Assembly: GCA_965287045.1 (NCBI GenBank)
Contig: OZ336885.1
Location: 61,938,001-62,002,000 of the forward strand
Origin: Carcharhinus amblyrhynchos
Taxonomy: Eukaryota
DNA length: 64,000 nucleotides
Reading direction: 5' to 3'
Shown: positions 11,953 through 22,959 of the stretch, piece after piece
How the letters are laid out: each line of letters begins with the position of its first letter
How positions within the stretch are numbered: the first letter of the stretch is position 1
The notes under the pieces: generated by a model
Databases searched by the model: none
Seen by the model: the letters and a program-made list of their open reading frames with translations, nothing else
Told to the model about the DNA's origin: nothing
Translations under genes and position numbers: made by a program

Positions 11953-12246
11953 GTGACACTGAAAGTAAACGTGAGTACTGACGTTTGAATTTTTGCTTGT
12001 CGGGACTTTGCAGTGTTTCACACTAAGCAATGATATTTTTAGGAATACTTTCTGCTTTGTTCTGTCTCCTTCCGTTGGTATTCTTTTCGTATTATGTCTG
12101 CGGTATCATGTTTCCGTCTGTCAACAGTGCGCCTACAATTGTATTGTTATTTCCCAATCTCCATTTCGCGAAAGATTAACTTTTCTACCTTCAAATCCGT
12201 CGTGACGTTCTCCCTAACAGTAACATGCAAGCTGAAGGATGCAGAG
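11953..12246 (-). pseudogene. Candidate decayed Ig-superfamily V-type exon
   Basis: TTTTTTTTCTGCTCAG acceptor and GTAAG donor, 294 nt, compatible with phase 1-1; fragments VTVRENVT, KWRLGNNNTIV and VFLKISLL in shifting frames. Confidence 0.35.
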
Positions 12247-12261
12247 CTGAGCAGAAAAAAA

Positions 12262-13050
12262 ATGACAGGTGGAGTACAACCCTAATAAGTGCAAGGTTAT
12301 TCATTTTCGTAGGAGAAACTTGAATGCGGATTACAGGGTCAACAACAGAGTTCTGAGGGATGTAGAGGAACAGAGAGATCTTGGGGTTCATATCCACAGA
12401 TCCCTGAAGGTTGCCACTCAAGTGGATAGAACCATGAAGAAGACTTATAGGGTGTTAGCGTTTATTAACGGGGGAGGCGCGGGGGGCGGAGGGGGTGCTG
12501 AGTTTATGTGCCGCGGGGTTATTTTGCATCTAAACAGGATCTTGCTGAGACCTCATTTGGAATATTGTGCGCAGCTGTGGTCACCTCACCCTAAGAATGA
12601 CGTGGAAGCATTAGAGAGAATACAGAGGGGATTTGCCAGGATGCTGCCTAATTTGGAGCGTAGGTCTTATGAGGAAAGGTTGACGGAGCTGGGGCTTTTC
12701 TCTTTAGAGCGGAGGAGGATGAGAGGGACTGAGAGAGGGGACGTGCAGAGATTATTTCCTCGAGTGGATGTAACTGTGGACGTAACTACAAGGTTCTCGG
12801 TGGGAGATATAGGGGGAATGCCCGAGGTTGATCCTTTACTCAGAGAGTGGTTGGGGTTGGAATGCACTGTCTGTTGTCATAGTAGACTCAGTCACTTTAG
12901 GTACTTTCAAGCGGGTATTGGATAGGCACATGGAACACACCAGAATGATAGGGAGTGGGCGAGTTTGTTCTTGGATTTGGAAGTAGCTCAATACAACATT
13001 GAGGGTCGAAGGGCCTGTACTGTGTTGTATTATTCTATGTTCTATATTAT
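12262..13050 (+). mobile_element. CR1 LINE 3' fragment
   Basis: NPNKCKVIHF, RDLGV, RPHLEYCAQLWSP, LFSLERRRMRG and a CR1 3' tail. Confidence 0.92.
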
Positions 13051-13402
13051 AAGTGGAATTAAATGATTTTCCAAAGCATAATGAAAGTTTAAATATTCAA
13101 GATTTGGATTAGAGATCCATGATCTGCCTCTCTGGGCACACAGTCAGCACATACACACGATGACCAGCATTTTTCAGATTTCCGGTTTCCATGATTTCAC
13201 TTAAGTAAATACAACAAGTAACATTACGCAGGTCTGCTTTCCCCTGTGGAGCAAGGTAAAATAACTCCACGTGAAACTGATTCTCAAATGAAGGATTCCA
13301 AATATTAATGCCTCATAGCATTATTAGCTCAATGACGATTCTTCGGACAGAGGATGGTACAGGATGGCATAGTGGCACAGTGGTTGGCACTCCTGCCTCG
13401 CC

Positions 13403-13620
13403 GCCCCCGGAACCCTGCTTTACTTACTGTCTGTGTGGAATTTGCACGTTCGCTCCGTGCCTGTTTGAATTCCCTCTGAATGCTCCGGTTTCCTCCCACA
13501 GTTCAAACGTTGTGCTGGTTAAGTGGATTGACCCAAGTAGGCGCCGGAGTGTCGTGACTAGGGAAGTTTCGCAGAAATTTCATTGTTGTGTTAAGATAAG
13601 ACTTATTTGCGACTGATACA
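13403..13620 (+). mobile_element. tRNA-derived SINE, decayed
   Basis: GGCACAGTGGTTGGCACT head, TGTGTGGAATTTGCACGTTC and TTTCCTCCCACAG core; tail shared with 16845-17130. Confidence 0.75.
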
Positions 13621-14360
13621 TAATGTTTCCTTTAAAGATTGTCAGAGAGATGGGAGGAGGGGTGTCGTGGTGAAGCCGTCGATGTTGGTCGGAACAATTA
13701 ATAATGGGAAATATAAATAATAATATATGCTTGATTACAACATTAAAACAATGCCTTAATAAAACTTCGATCCCTCACTTCCAATATAAAGGATATGAAA
13801 TGAAAAAAAAGGCGACTTCTGTCTACACAGCCGGCTACTCCCAGTAGTTATCGCTGTTCTGAGCGAACTTAGCTATCTGACATCTGAGACATTCATGTTT
13901 GTAACTGTTCCTTCAAGGTCTGCATTTCATTTTGTCATTTTTACCTTACGACTTGACATCATTTCCTTTACAACTCAAACATTGCAAATTCAGTTCCTCG
14001 TATATGCATGCGGCAAGACATGTTTTTGTTTAATACATTACCGTCATAATGAACACTGGCAACTGTTTTCAGATATTTGGCTAATTTATTTAAACCATGC
14101 CAATGCATGTTTTGAGAGCACACATTTTGACTTGTGGCAAATATGCTGCAAATCACTTCCAAGCCAAACAAATATTTTAGTAATGAAGCTCATAAGCAGG
14201 AACAATAATATTATTAATCAACTGACTGATAACAGTCTAGCAAATGAGTATTGCTCGAAAACTGCATTTTGACATTTTTCACTTTATTAATTCGCGCCAA
14301 ATTTAATGGAGTGTGCACTTACTCAGCACAAAGGCGACTGACTCTGTTTGCACAACTTAC

Positions 14361-14412
14361 CATTCTGAGATTGCTGGAGTTTTAACTCTGCAGAGAAAAA
14401 CATGAACTTCAT
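14361..14412 (-). pseudogene. Candidate leader exon, possible partner of 11953-12246
   Basis: ATG...MKFMFFSAELKLQQSQN-G, then GTAAGT; 52 nt, phase 1. Confidence 0.25.
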
Positions 14413-14579
14413 GCAGCAGAAAGCAACATTTTGTGCATTTGAATTGCACTGTTTCTATTTAATGAGCCGAAACAGCTCTTCCAATATCAATTGTCTGATT
14501 CAAATGTCGATTACTGCTAAATAACATTGCGTTCGCTCAGCAGGTTAAATGCCAGAGTCATGGTATTGTCGTTAGACAA

Positions 14580-15276
14580 ATGTACAGTGTGTGTTTTTTT
14601 AAAAGGTCAGCTTCTGGCATTGTAGGCCTATTAGAAGGTAGGATGATAGCCCTCTCTTTTTAATTGTCAGTCAGTTGTTTTGGTGTTTCCTCTTTGCGCT
14701 TTGGAGAAATATAATGGAACTGAATCATTATAACAATGAAGATTGTGAATGGGTTCGACAGTTGCATTGCACACCACATGATTCATATGCGCTAACTGAA
14801 AAGAATAAAACATCGTTTCAATATACCTGGTAGAATTTTTCCCATGAGGGTGAAAGGCCCTTGCGTCATTCAGGCCCCGTTAAACAGAGGCATTATGCTT
14901 GAAGGGTAAAAATGTATCAGTTTTTCTTTTGTTTAGTGAAAATGTTTTAAGCGGAGAACATTCTGAAGATAAACGGTCACATTTGGAGGATTCGTGTAGA
15001 TTTTGTTTTGTGGATCCGTATTATCATTCAACCGATTGACGGTGTCTATCTTAAAAGAATCACTGATAACGTAATTGAAAATGTTCGTCCCTAAGCTGAA
15101 TGGAGAGACAACATACAAGACAGACATAGACAAAATCGAATAACGGACAACATCGATTCAGATAAACTCACAATCAATTGTGAACGGAGATGGAAGAAGC
15201 AGAAGAACATCGTATGCATCTCAAATAAGCAATGGCACTAATTTCAAATTGACGAATCATCGTGTCAACGACAAAG
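14580..15276 (+). pseudogene. Candidate decayed CD2/SLAM-like gene: leader exon 14580-14637 and V-type exon 14937-15276
   Basis: MYSVCFFKRSASGIVGLLE-G then GTAGG (58 nt, phase 1); 299-bp intron ending TTTTTCTTTTGTTTAG; exon with ING-TFGGFV, NRIT...KLTIN and EMEEAEEHRMHL; phase-1 donor AAAG/GTAAT. Confidence 0.4.
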
Positions 15277-16844
15277 GTAATAATCCGACCACTACCCCCA
15301 CCCCCCCACCCCCCACACTCCCACCAACACATTTTCTTTCATATCGTTTATATTTACTACAAAGGAAACTTGGAACAGCAGTAGCTACAGATCTCCATTT
15401 TGAAATTCACATTTGCATCGCTTTTCGTTGTTTCCTCTAACCAAGCCAGCTGAATATCCCCCAGCCAGTTCGCCTCGAGTCCGCAGCATTTTTTAAAAAA
15501 AAGTTTCGACCAGTCTGTCGTGTGGGACCTTGTCATATGCGTTACTAAAGTCCACATAAACTTGCCTGATCAATTATTTTTGTCATATCTTCGACAACCT
15601 CAATTACGTTGGTAATACATAACATTCAAATGCAAAATCACCCTGTCTATCACAAGCGAGTCAATTTTCTTCCAAATAGGCACGTACACTGTATCTTCGT
15701 TTCTTCTCCAAAAGTGTTCCCACCACAGAAGTCAGGTTCACCGGTTTGTAAATTCCTTGTTTACCCCTGCCTCTTTTTTTTCAACAAGAGAAAAACGTTG
15801 GCTACATGGAGTCCTCTCCAATCTCACCTGTGGTCTAAGAGAATAAGAAAATATGCAGTAAGACCCCAACTATAGTTCCTTTGCCCCTACAGTAACCTGG
15901 GATAGCTGACTTCAGGCCCCAGAAATTTGTATACCTCAATTAGGAGAAGGATGGTTTAATTGGACATTAGTGGGCGTATTCAGTTTGTGAGTAGTCGGTG
16001 GATGTCATAGGGCTCTGTGCATCTGTGGTTGTGGAATCTGATCCTTTGATATTTTTGTGTTCATGTGTGGAGGTCATTGGATTTTTACTGGTAGAAAGGT
16101 ATTGTTTATCTAAGTTACGGAGTAGCCAGAGTAGGTATCGGTGTTTCTCTATATGTGTAGGGGAGAGGAGGACGTGACAGTAGACAAGGTTATGTGGACT
16201 AGATTGCGCAATGTGGTGTGGGTTTGAGATTGTGAAGTGACAAATCATTGTCGTGTGTGAGATGGTCAGTGGTACGTCAAGTGGTTATAGTATATTCACA
16301 CTGAGAGATTAGATAGTGGATCGTTAGATTGGTTGAAGTTTATCTCATGGAGTGTGGGTGTACCTAATATAGCAGACCGCTTGAAGAGCTAATTGTTTGT
16401 TTAGCACGGTAGGACTATGAAGGCCGGTGTTATATGGGTGTTAGTTGTACTTGAGTCTTGCAGAAGAAATGCAGGGTGGAAGGTGTAGGGATCACGGGAG
16501 GTAGGGTGGCGGCGATGTATGCAGTTATGCAACTGGACGGCAGGTATGGAGAATGTGTGCAGACACACGAGCGAAACAGAGGGTTGATTGGAATAATTAA
16601 CCTTAGGGAGGACGGAAAGAAAAGCTGAAGATAGAGTTTGGGATGACAGTGGTTGAGGAATATGATTGGTGTTGCAAGAACAGAAAGCTCGTTATTGCAG
16701 ACCCTGGAAGTAAATGGCGAGACTCCATAAAAGCTCTGTGAATGTCAAAGTGTGCGTCAGTTGTTGGGCGGGGGGTGGTGGAGCGGTGGGGGGCGGTGGA
16801 AATCGCGATGAACCAAGTATGTTGTCATTCACGTTGGTAATTAG

Positions 16845-17130
16845 ATCGCACAGTGGTTACTACTTCTGTGTCAGGGTGCCAGGGACACGGCTTCCAAACC
16901 GAACTTGGGTCACTGTTTCTGTGGAGTTTGAAAGTCCTCCCTGCGTCTGTGTGAGTTTTCTTTCGGTTCTGCAGTTTTCTCCCAGAGTTCAAAAGACGTG
17001 CAAGTTAGGTGAATTGGTCATGATGAATTCTCCCTCACTGTACGGGACAAGCGCCGAATGAGGCGACAAGGAGATTTTCACAGAAACTTCATTTCAGTGT
17101 ACATGTAAGCCTAATTGTAATTCATAACAA
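16845..17130 (+). mobile_element. tRNA-derived SINE, decayed
   Basis: CACAGTGGTTACTAC...CCAGGGACACGG head and GATTTTCACAGAAACTTCATT tail. Confidence 0.75.
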
Positions 17131-18227
17131 AAAAACCCACAACTTTAATGGAACAATGTTTTCCAATGGAAGTTAATAGATGCTGACAACTTTTTCGGTA
17201 TTAGAAATTTCCGCATCGACTTGACACAATTTTTTAGTGGGAAAAAAACACATTGCTCTGCATTGGCATTTGTCTAAGTTTGGTTAAATTTTCGTGCAAA
17301 GTATCTTTTAGAGGAATTGAATTGTTTAATTAAATCCCCGAATCGCATTCGCCACAGGGAATATTGCAGTTTACTGGACTTCGTGCCATGACACAAAATA
17401 CATTTCAAACAACAATTTTACATGAAATGAAAGCGATGAAAGCAAATCAATTGACGTCATAAAAACGTGACTTTTTTAACATACCTATTGGCTCAGAAAA
17501 CAACAAAGTGCAAATCGCCACTGGTGGACAGAGAGACGATTGGATTGGAATGGAGAATAGTTTATAAGAGCTATATTATTCGTTTTCACATACCACCTCT
17601 GCAATCTCATGTTGTGGTTTATTTCATCTCAGTAATTGTATTTAGGGAGAAATAAAATGAACGGCTTTGCTAAAAAAAAACATTATTCTGTAGTATGCTC
17701 AAAAAAATGATAATTTGCTTCAATACTGATGTGTTCTTCAGCACTGAAAAATCCAGTAGTTTACCTTTTGAATATCACTGAGAAAATGACAGTGACATAA
17801 TAGCAAAACAAAACAAGTAAGCTCATACGAGAATATTTCGGCTGGTAGGCTGATTGCATGATGAGTGAAACGGCTTGAACCTGACTGGAATGATGACTTG
17901 CATCGTTTAATTATTTCCTGCTTCTTAATCACAATTTATCCAGAAGTTAATAATGCCCTCCACTCTGAGCGAAGTAATTGTTTACAGCACCTCATATTAA
18001 CTTTGCGCATGTTCTGCATTATTTCCGTACATATCCATCTAATTTCGACTTAACTACGGTAACTCTGACCTCGACTGGTAAATTGATCCCATTCTCTCTG
18101 TAAACACATCTTCAAATTTACACTATAACTTTACCTTTTCCTTCATAAACGCTCTTTAAGTGAATTTTTCGGCCCAGAAAAAATATTTTATGGAAATTCC
18201 ATTGGGAAATTGGCCTGTGCTCCCTTG

Positions 18228-20560
18228 ATAGAAACATAGAAATACAAAAGTTAGGAGCAGGACGAAACATGCCATTTGGTCCTTCGAGCCTGCTCCAGCA
18301 TCCATAATAATCATGGTTGATTATTCATCTCAATAACCGAATCCTGCTTTCTCCAAGTACGCTGCGATCTCATTCACTCCAAGTGCTTATATCCAGCCGC
18401 CTCGAGGATGCGTTCAATGTGTTGTCATCCAATACTTCCTGTGGTGATGAATTCTACAGGCCCACCACTCATTGCGAGATGTTGTGTCTCCTCACCTCGG
18501 TAGTAAATAGTCTGCCCGTTGCTGGACTCACCCACCAGCGGAAATAACGTCCCAGTATCTAACTGCCTCGTCCTGTTGGGATTTTATAAGTCTTCACGAG
18601 ACACACTCATTCTTCTGGACTCCACCGAAAAATAAAGAAACAGTTCATCGATCTCCTCATTCGCGAGGGCATCCTCCATCCCCGGAATCAGTTTGGCAAA
18701 TGTTCGTTGCACTCCCTCGAAAGCAAGAACGTCCTTCTTGAAGACCAGAACTACACATAGTACTTTATGTTCTTTATAATTGCAACAAAACATCCGCGCT
18801 CCTGCAGTCAAAATTTATCGATTTAAAGGCCAACATACATTTTGCCTTCTTTACAGCCTGCTACACCTGCATGGTTGAGTTTAGTGACCGGTGCACAAGG
18901 ACACCCAGGTCCCACTGCACACTTCCTTCTCCCAGTATACAGCCATTAATATAGTAATCTGCCTTTTTGTTTCACAAATATCCAAGTTATACTGCATCTG
19001 CCATTGATTTTCCCCATCAACCAACCTGTACAGGTCATTCTGAAGGATTTCTGCATCCCCGTCACAGTTCACATTTCCGCTCAGCTTGTTATCATCGGCA
19101 ACTTTGAGACATTACATTTTGTTCTCTCATTCAAACCACTGATATATTTCGGAAATAGCTATGGTCCCAGCACCAATCCATCTGGCACCCTATGAGTTAC
19201 TGCCTACCAATTTAAAATAAAATAACCCCCATTAATTCTGAATTTGCGTTTCCTCTCTGTGAACCAGTTTTTTTTTGTCCATCCTCCACTGCGTGCCTTC
19301 ATCTGTCCTGTTTGTGATCAGAACTCCCCACTCATCTGACGAAGGAGCAGCGCTCCGAAACTTAGTTACGTTCTCTACCAAATAAACCTGTTGGACTTTA
19401 ACCTGGTGTTGTGAGACATCATTCTCTCTGATCCTGACAGCGTTTTTGAAACGTTCTGCTGTGAAATCGTTCCTAATACATTGGATATTTTCCCCACTAC
19501 TGAATTTAAGTTTACTCGTCGATAATTCATTTTTTTTCCCCTACCTGCCTGCTTGAATATTGGAGTGACATTACCTGCTCTCCAACCTACAGAACCTGTC
19601 GCAGAGTCGACAGGATCGTGGAAAATGATCAAAAAATGCAGCCACCATTTCTAGCGTCACTTCCTTAAATACATTGTGATGTACATTATCAAGCACTGGG
19701 AAGGCATCCGCCTTCAGTGCCATCAATTTTCACAGCAACATTTAACTGAAAGTATTGATCTCCCTAAGGTATTCTTTCTCACTCATTATTGCATTCCCCA
19801 ACATTCCTGGCATCTGATGTGCCTCTGTTTATTTTTTTTTATGAAGACAGAACCAAATATCTTATTCAAGTCCATTTTCTTTGCCCCCTATTTTATGTTC
19901 CCCTTTTCCAATGTGTAGGGAACCTACATTTGTCTTCAGCAACCTCTTCCACTTAACGTATTAGTAAAGACTTCTAGTGTCCATCGTTATGTTTCCTGCA
20001 AGCTGACTTTTGCGTTGTCCCCCCCCCCCCCCCCGCGCAATTAATCCATTGGCCTCTGTTGAATTCTAATCTGTGTTCAGTCGTCAAACCTACATTTTTT
20101 TTCTGGCCAATCGGTATGCTTCTTCTTTACATTGGATCGTCTCTCTAAGTCCCATTGTAAGCCATGGATTGGCCTAATTTTCTGTTTCATTTTCGCACTT
20201 GATACAAATAAACAGTTGCTGCAGTTGCCCGATGCGTTCCCTGACTGTTTATCGTAACCATTCACACTCATACCTTCAGGTAAATCTCCCCAATTTATGA
20301 AAGCCAACTAACGCCCCATATCCTGCGATTGTCGTCTCATAAGACTGAGCACACGAGCCTCTGAATCAACTACTTCATTCTCCTTCCTGATAAGTAGTTC
20401 TGCCTTGTTATTGTCGCTCATCTCCAAGGTCTGGTGAAACCAAATTTACAGTTATTCCTTTCACTTCATGGAGCATCCATTCTAATTTGCTTTCTAGTTA
20501 AGAGCTACACATGTTGAGCAAGAAAACCATCCCGCAAACGCTCCACGAATTTGGCAAATC
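18228..20560 (-). mobile_element. Old CR1 LINE, fragmented
   Basis: 3' tail ATAGAAACATAGAAA; KKDVLAFEGVQRTFAKLIPGM; WRAGNVTPIFKQ...NYRRVNLNSVVGK. Confidence 0.85.
19322..19418 (+). mobile_element. Penelope terminal fragment with a hammerhead-ribozyme-like core, inside the CR1
   Basis: CTGACGA-A-GGAGC-AGC-GCTCC-GAAA (19336-19360), followed by AATAAACCTGTTGGACTTTAACCTGGTGTTGTG. Confidence 0.75.
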
Positions 20561-20764
20561 TATGTGCACAGGAATTCAGATATTACTTTGCCACATGCAT
20601 CTCTAATTTCGTGTTTTATGCCATAACCTCATTCGAAATCTAAATGTCCCAGGTCTTCAATAATGGACTCTTTTTTTTCCCGGAGAATCCAATGCAATGC
20701 ATGCTAAATTTCAATCGAGCCGAGCTTTCTCTTATTCTATGCTAATTCTGTTCAGTTTCATCGA

Positions 20765-21095
20765 ATCATAGAAACCCTTCAATGCAGAAGAAGTCCATTC
20801 AGCCCATCGAGTCTGCGCCGACCGCAATCACACCCAGGCACGACCTCTATCCCTACATATTTACCCGCTAATCCTCTAATGTACACATCTCAGACTCTGA
20901 GAGGCTATTCGTTTAGCATGGCCAATCAACTTAGCCCGCACATCTTTAGACTGTGGGAGGATACCGGACCACCCGGACGAAACCCCATGCAGACACGAGG
21001 AAAATGTGGAAACTCGACACAGACAGTGTCGTGAATCGAACCCTGGCCGCTGAAGCTATGGCGCAACAGTGCTAACGGTTGAGGTACAATGCCAC
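20765..21095 (-). mobile_element. tRNA-derived SINE with CR1-like tail (HE1-like)
   Basis: Plus strand reads CATTCAGCCCATCGAGTCTG...CACATCTTTAGACTGTGGGAGGATACCGGACCACCCGG...CAGTGCTAAC. Confidence 0.8.
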
Positions 21096-21519
21096 CCTTT
21101 ACAGTTTCACAGGATAGTGGGAGTCATCAGCTGATTGCTACATGCTGTTATGTTACAGGGAAGTCAAAGACTTATTGCTACATAGTATTAGTCTGTTTTT
21201 CCATCCGTTGGGAACAATGATTGTGCACCGTAAACTAACAGTTTTGAGCAGGATGAGTTGGCATACTAGCGTAACGGACACAAGAAAGAATATTTCAAAC
21301 TCGCATTCTGTAATCACGTCTACTGCCTCCATTTTCGTTCTTTCGAGCTCCAGCATAGCTTGTCATAATACTTATGCGTTGACAAATGTTTTGTTTTATA
21401 GTGGAAAAGATTTACAGAAAACGTGTTATGGGGTATCCAAATGATATCAACACTGCACATTGCCATACGAAACAATATGTTTTTGCTTTGAATGGAAAGT
21501 CATATCATTAAAAAAAAGA

Positions 21520-22735
21520 TTGAAATTTTGAAGGGGGTAACAACGAAGGTCGATGAAGGAAGTACATTTCATATTGTCTACACTGATTTCGCAAGGCCTT
21601 TGACAAGGTATCACATGATACGTTGTTGCATGAGATTAAACTGCATGGGCTCCAGGGTGAGGTAGCCAAATGAATACAGAATCGGCTTGATGACAGAAGA
21701 CATAAAGTGATTGTAGAGGATTGTTTTTCAAACTGGAGGCCTCTTTCCAGAGATATGCCTTAGGTTTCGATGCTGGCCCACTGTTGTTTGTCATTTAGTG
21801 ACTTGGAGGCGAATTTAGGCGACCTATTTAGTAACTTTGCAGATGACACAAAGATTGGCGGCATACTGGACAGTTGGGAAAGTTATCTCGGATTGCAACA
21901 GAATCTTGATCAATTTGGCCAGTTGGCTGAAGAATGGCAGATGGAGTTTAATTGAGATACATAGGAGCTGATGCATTTTGGTAGATCGAACCAGGGCAGG
22001 ACTTATTCAGTTCATGGTCGAGCGTTGGGGAGTGTTATAGAGCATAAAGATCTACGTGTTCATACTTCATGGAAAGTTGAGTCAGATATGGACAGAGGGT
22101 TGAAGAAGGCATTCGGCATGCTTGGTTTCATTTGTCAGAACATTGAAAACGGGAGTTGGGACGTTCTGTTGTAGTTGCAGAAGACATTACAAGGGCACTA
22201 TTGGAATACTGTGTACAGTTCTGCTTATCCTATAACACAAAGGTTATTATTAAACAAATAAGAGTGCAGAACACAATTAGCAAGATGCTGCCAGGACTTG
22301 ATGGTTCGAATTGTAAGGAGATCGTGGATAGACTGCAATTTATCGGACGCTGAGTGATGATCTTACAGAGGTCTACAAAACAGTGAGGAGCATAGATCAG
22401 CTAGATAGTATATTTTCCAAAAGTTCAGGGATTTTTAAATTTGAGAGCACACTTTTCAGTTGAGAGTGGAAAGATACAGAAGGGTCCAGAGGGGCAACTT
22501 ATGCAATAATGGAGTGGAGAATGTGTGGAAACAGCTGTAGAAGTAATAGCAAAGCCAATACAATTTTGAATTATAAAACACGTTTCGACAGTTACGTGAG
22601 TGGAATGGAGGTCGAAGGAAATTGACCAAACATGGGCAGTTAGGGCCTTCTTGGTTGTTAAAAGAAGAGCAACATGTACAAGCACGGAAAAAGTGGGCGG
22701 AAATTCGTGTTTCCATGCTCGAGGCTTTTATGCCC
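21520..22735 (+). mobile_element. Old CR1 LINE RT fragment
   Basis: KAFDKV, FADDTKIGG, WQMEFN, LEYCVQF. Confidence 0.9.
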
Positions 22736-22959
22736 TATGACTTCCTGAAATCAATAATGCGAAAGCTTCGAGTTGTTATAGTACCTGGATTAATGTAGAG
22801 TAGAAAAAAATGATTTAAATACAGGCATAACGAGGGGACAGAGTTAATTGTAAGTAAATGTCGTGAAACAGTGATACTCATCCATCCCCCTACTCCCTTC
22901 CATCACCCCCCACTCCCCCCCCCCACTCCCCCTCACCTCCGCGCCGCTCCGAGGACTAA

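Noticed and set aside
16440-16500. TFHP..FFCK resembling cytochrome b (NUMT)
   Set aside because: Requires indels, and the flanking sequence does not match cytochrome b
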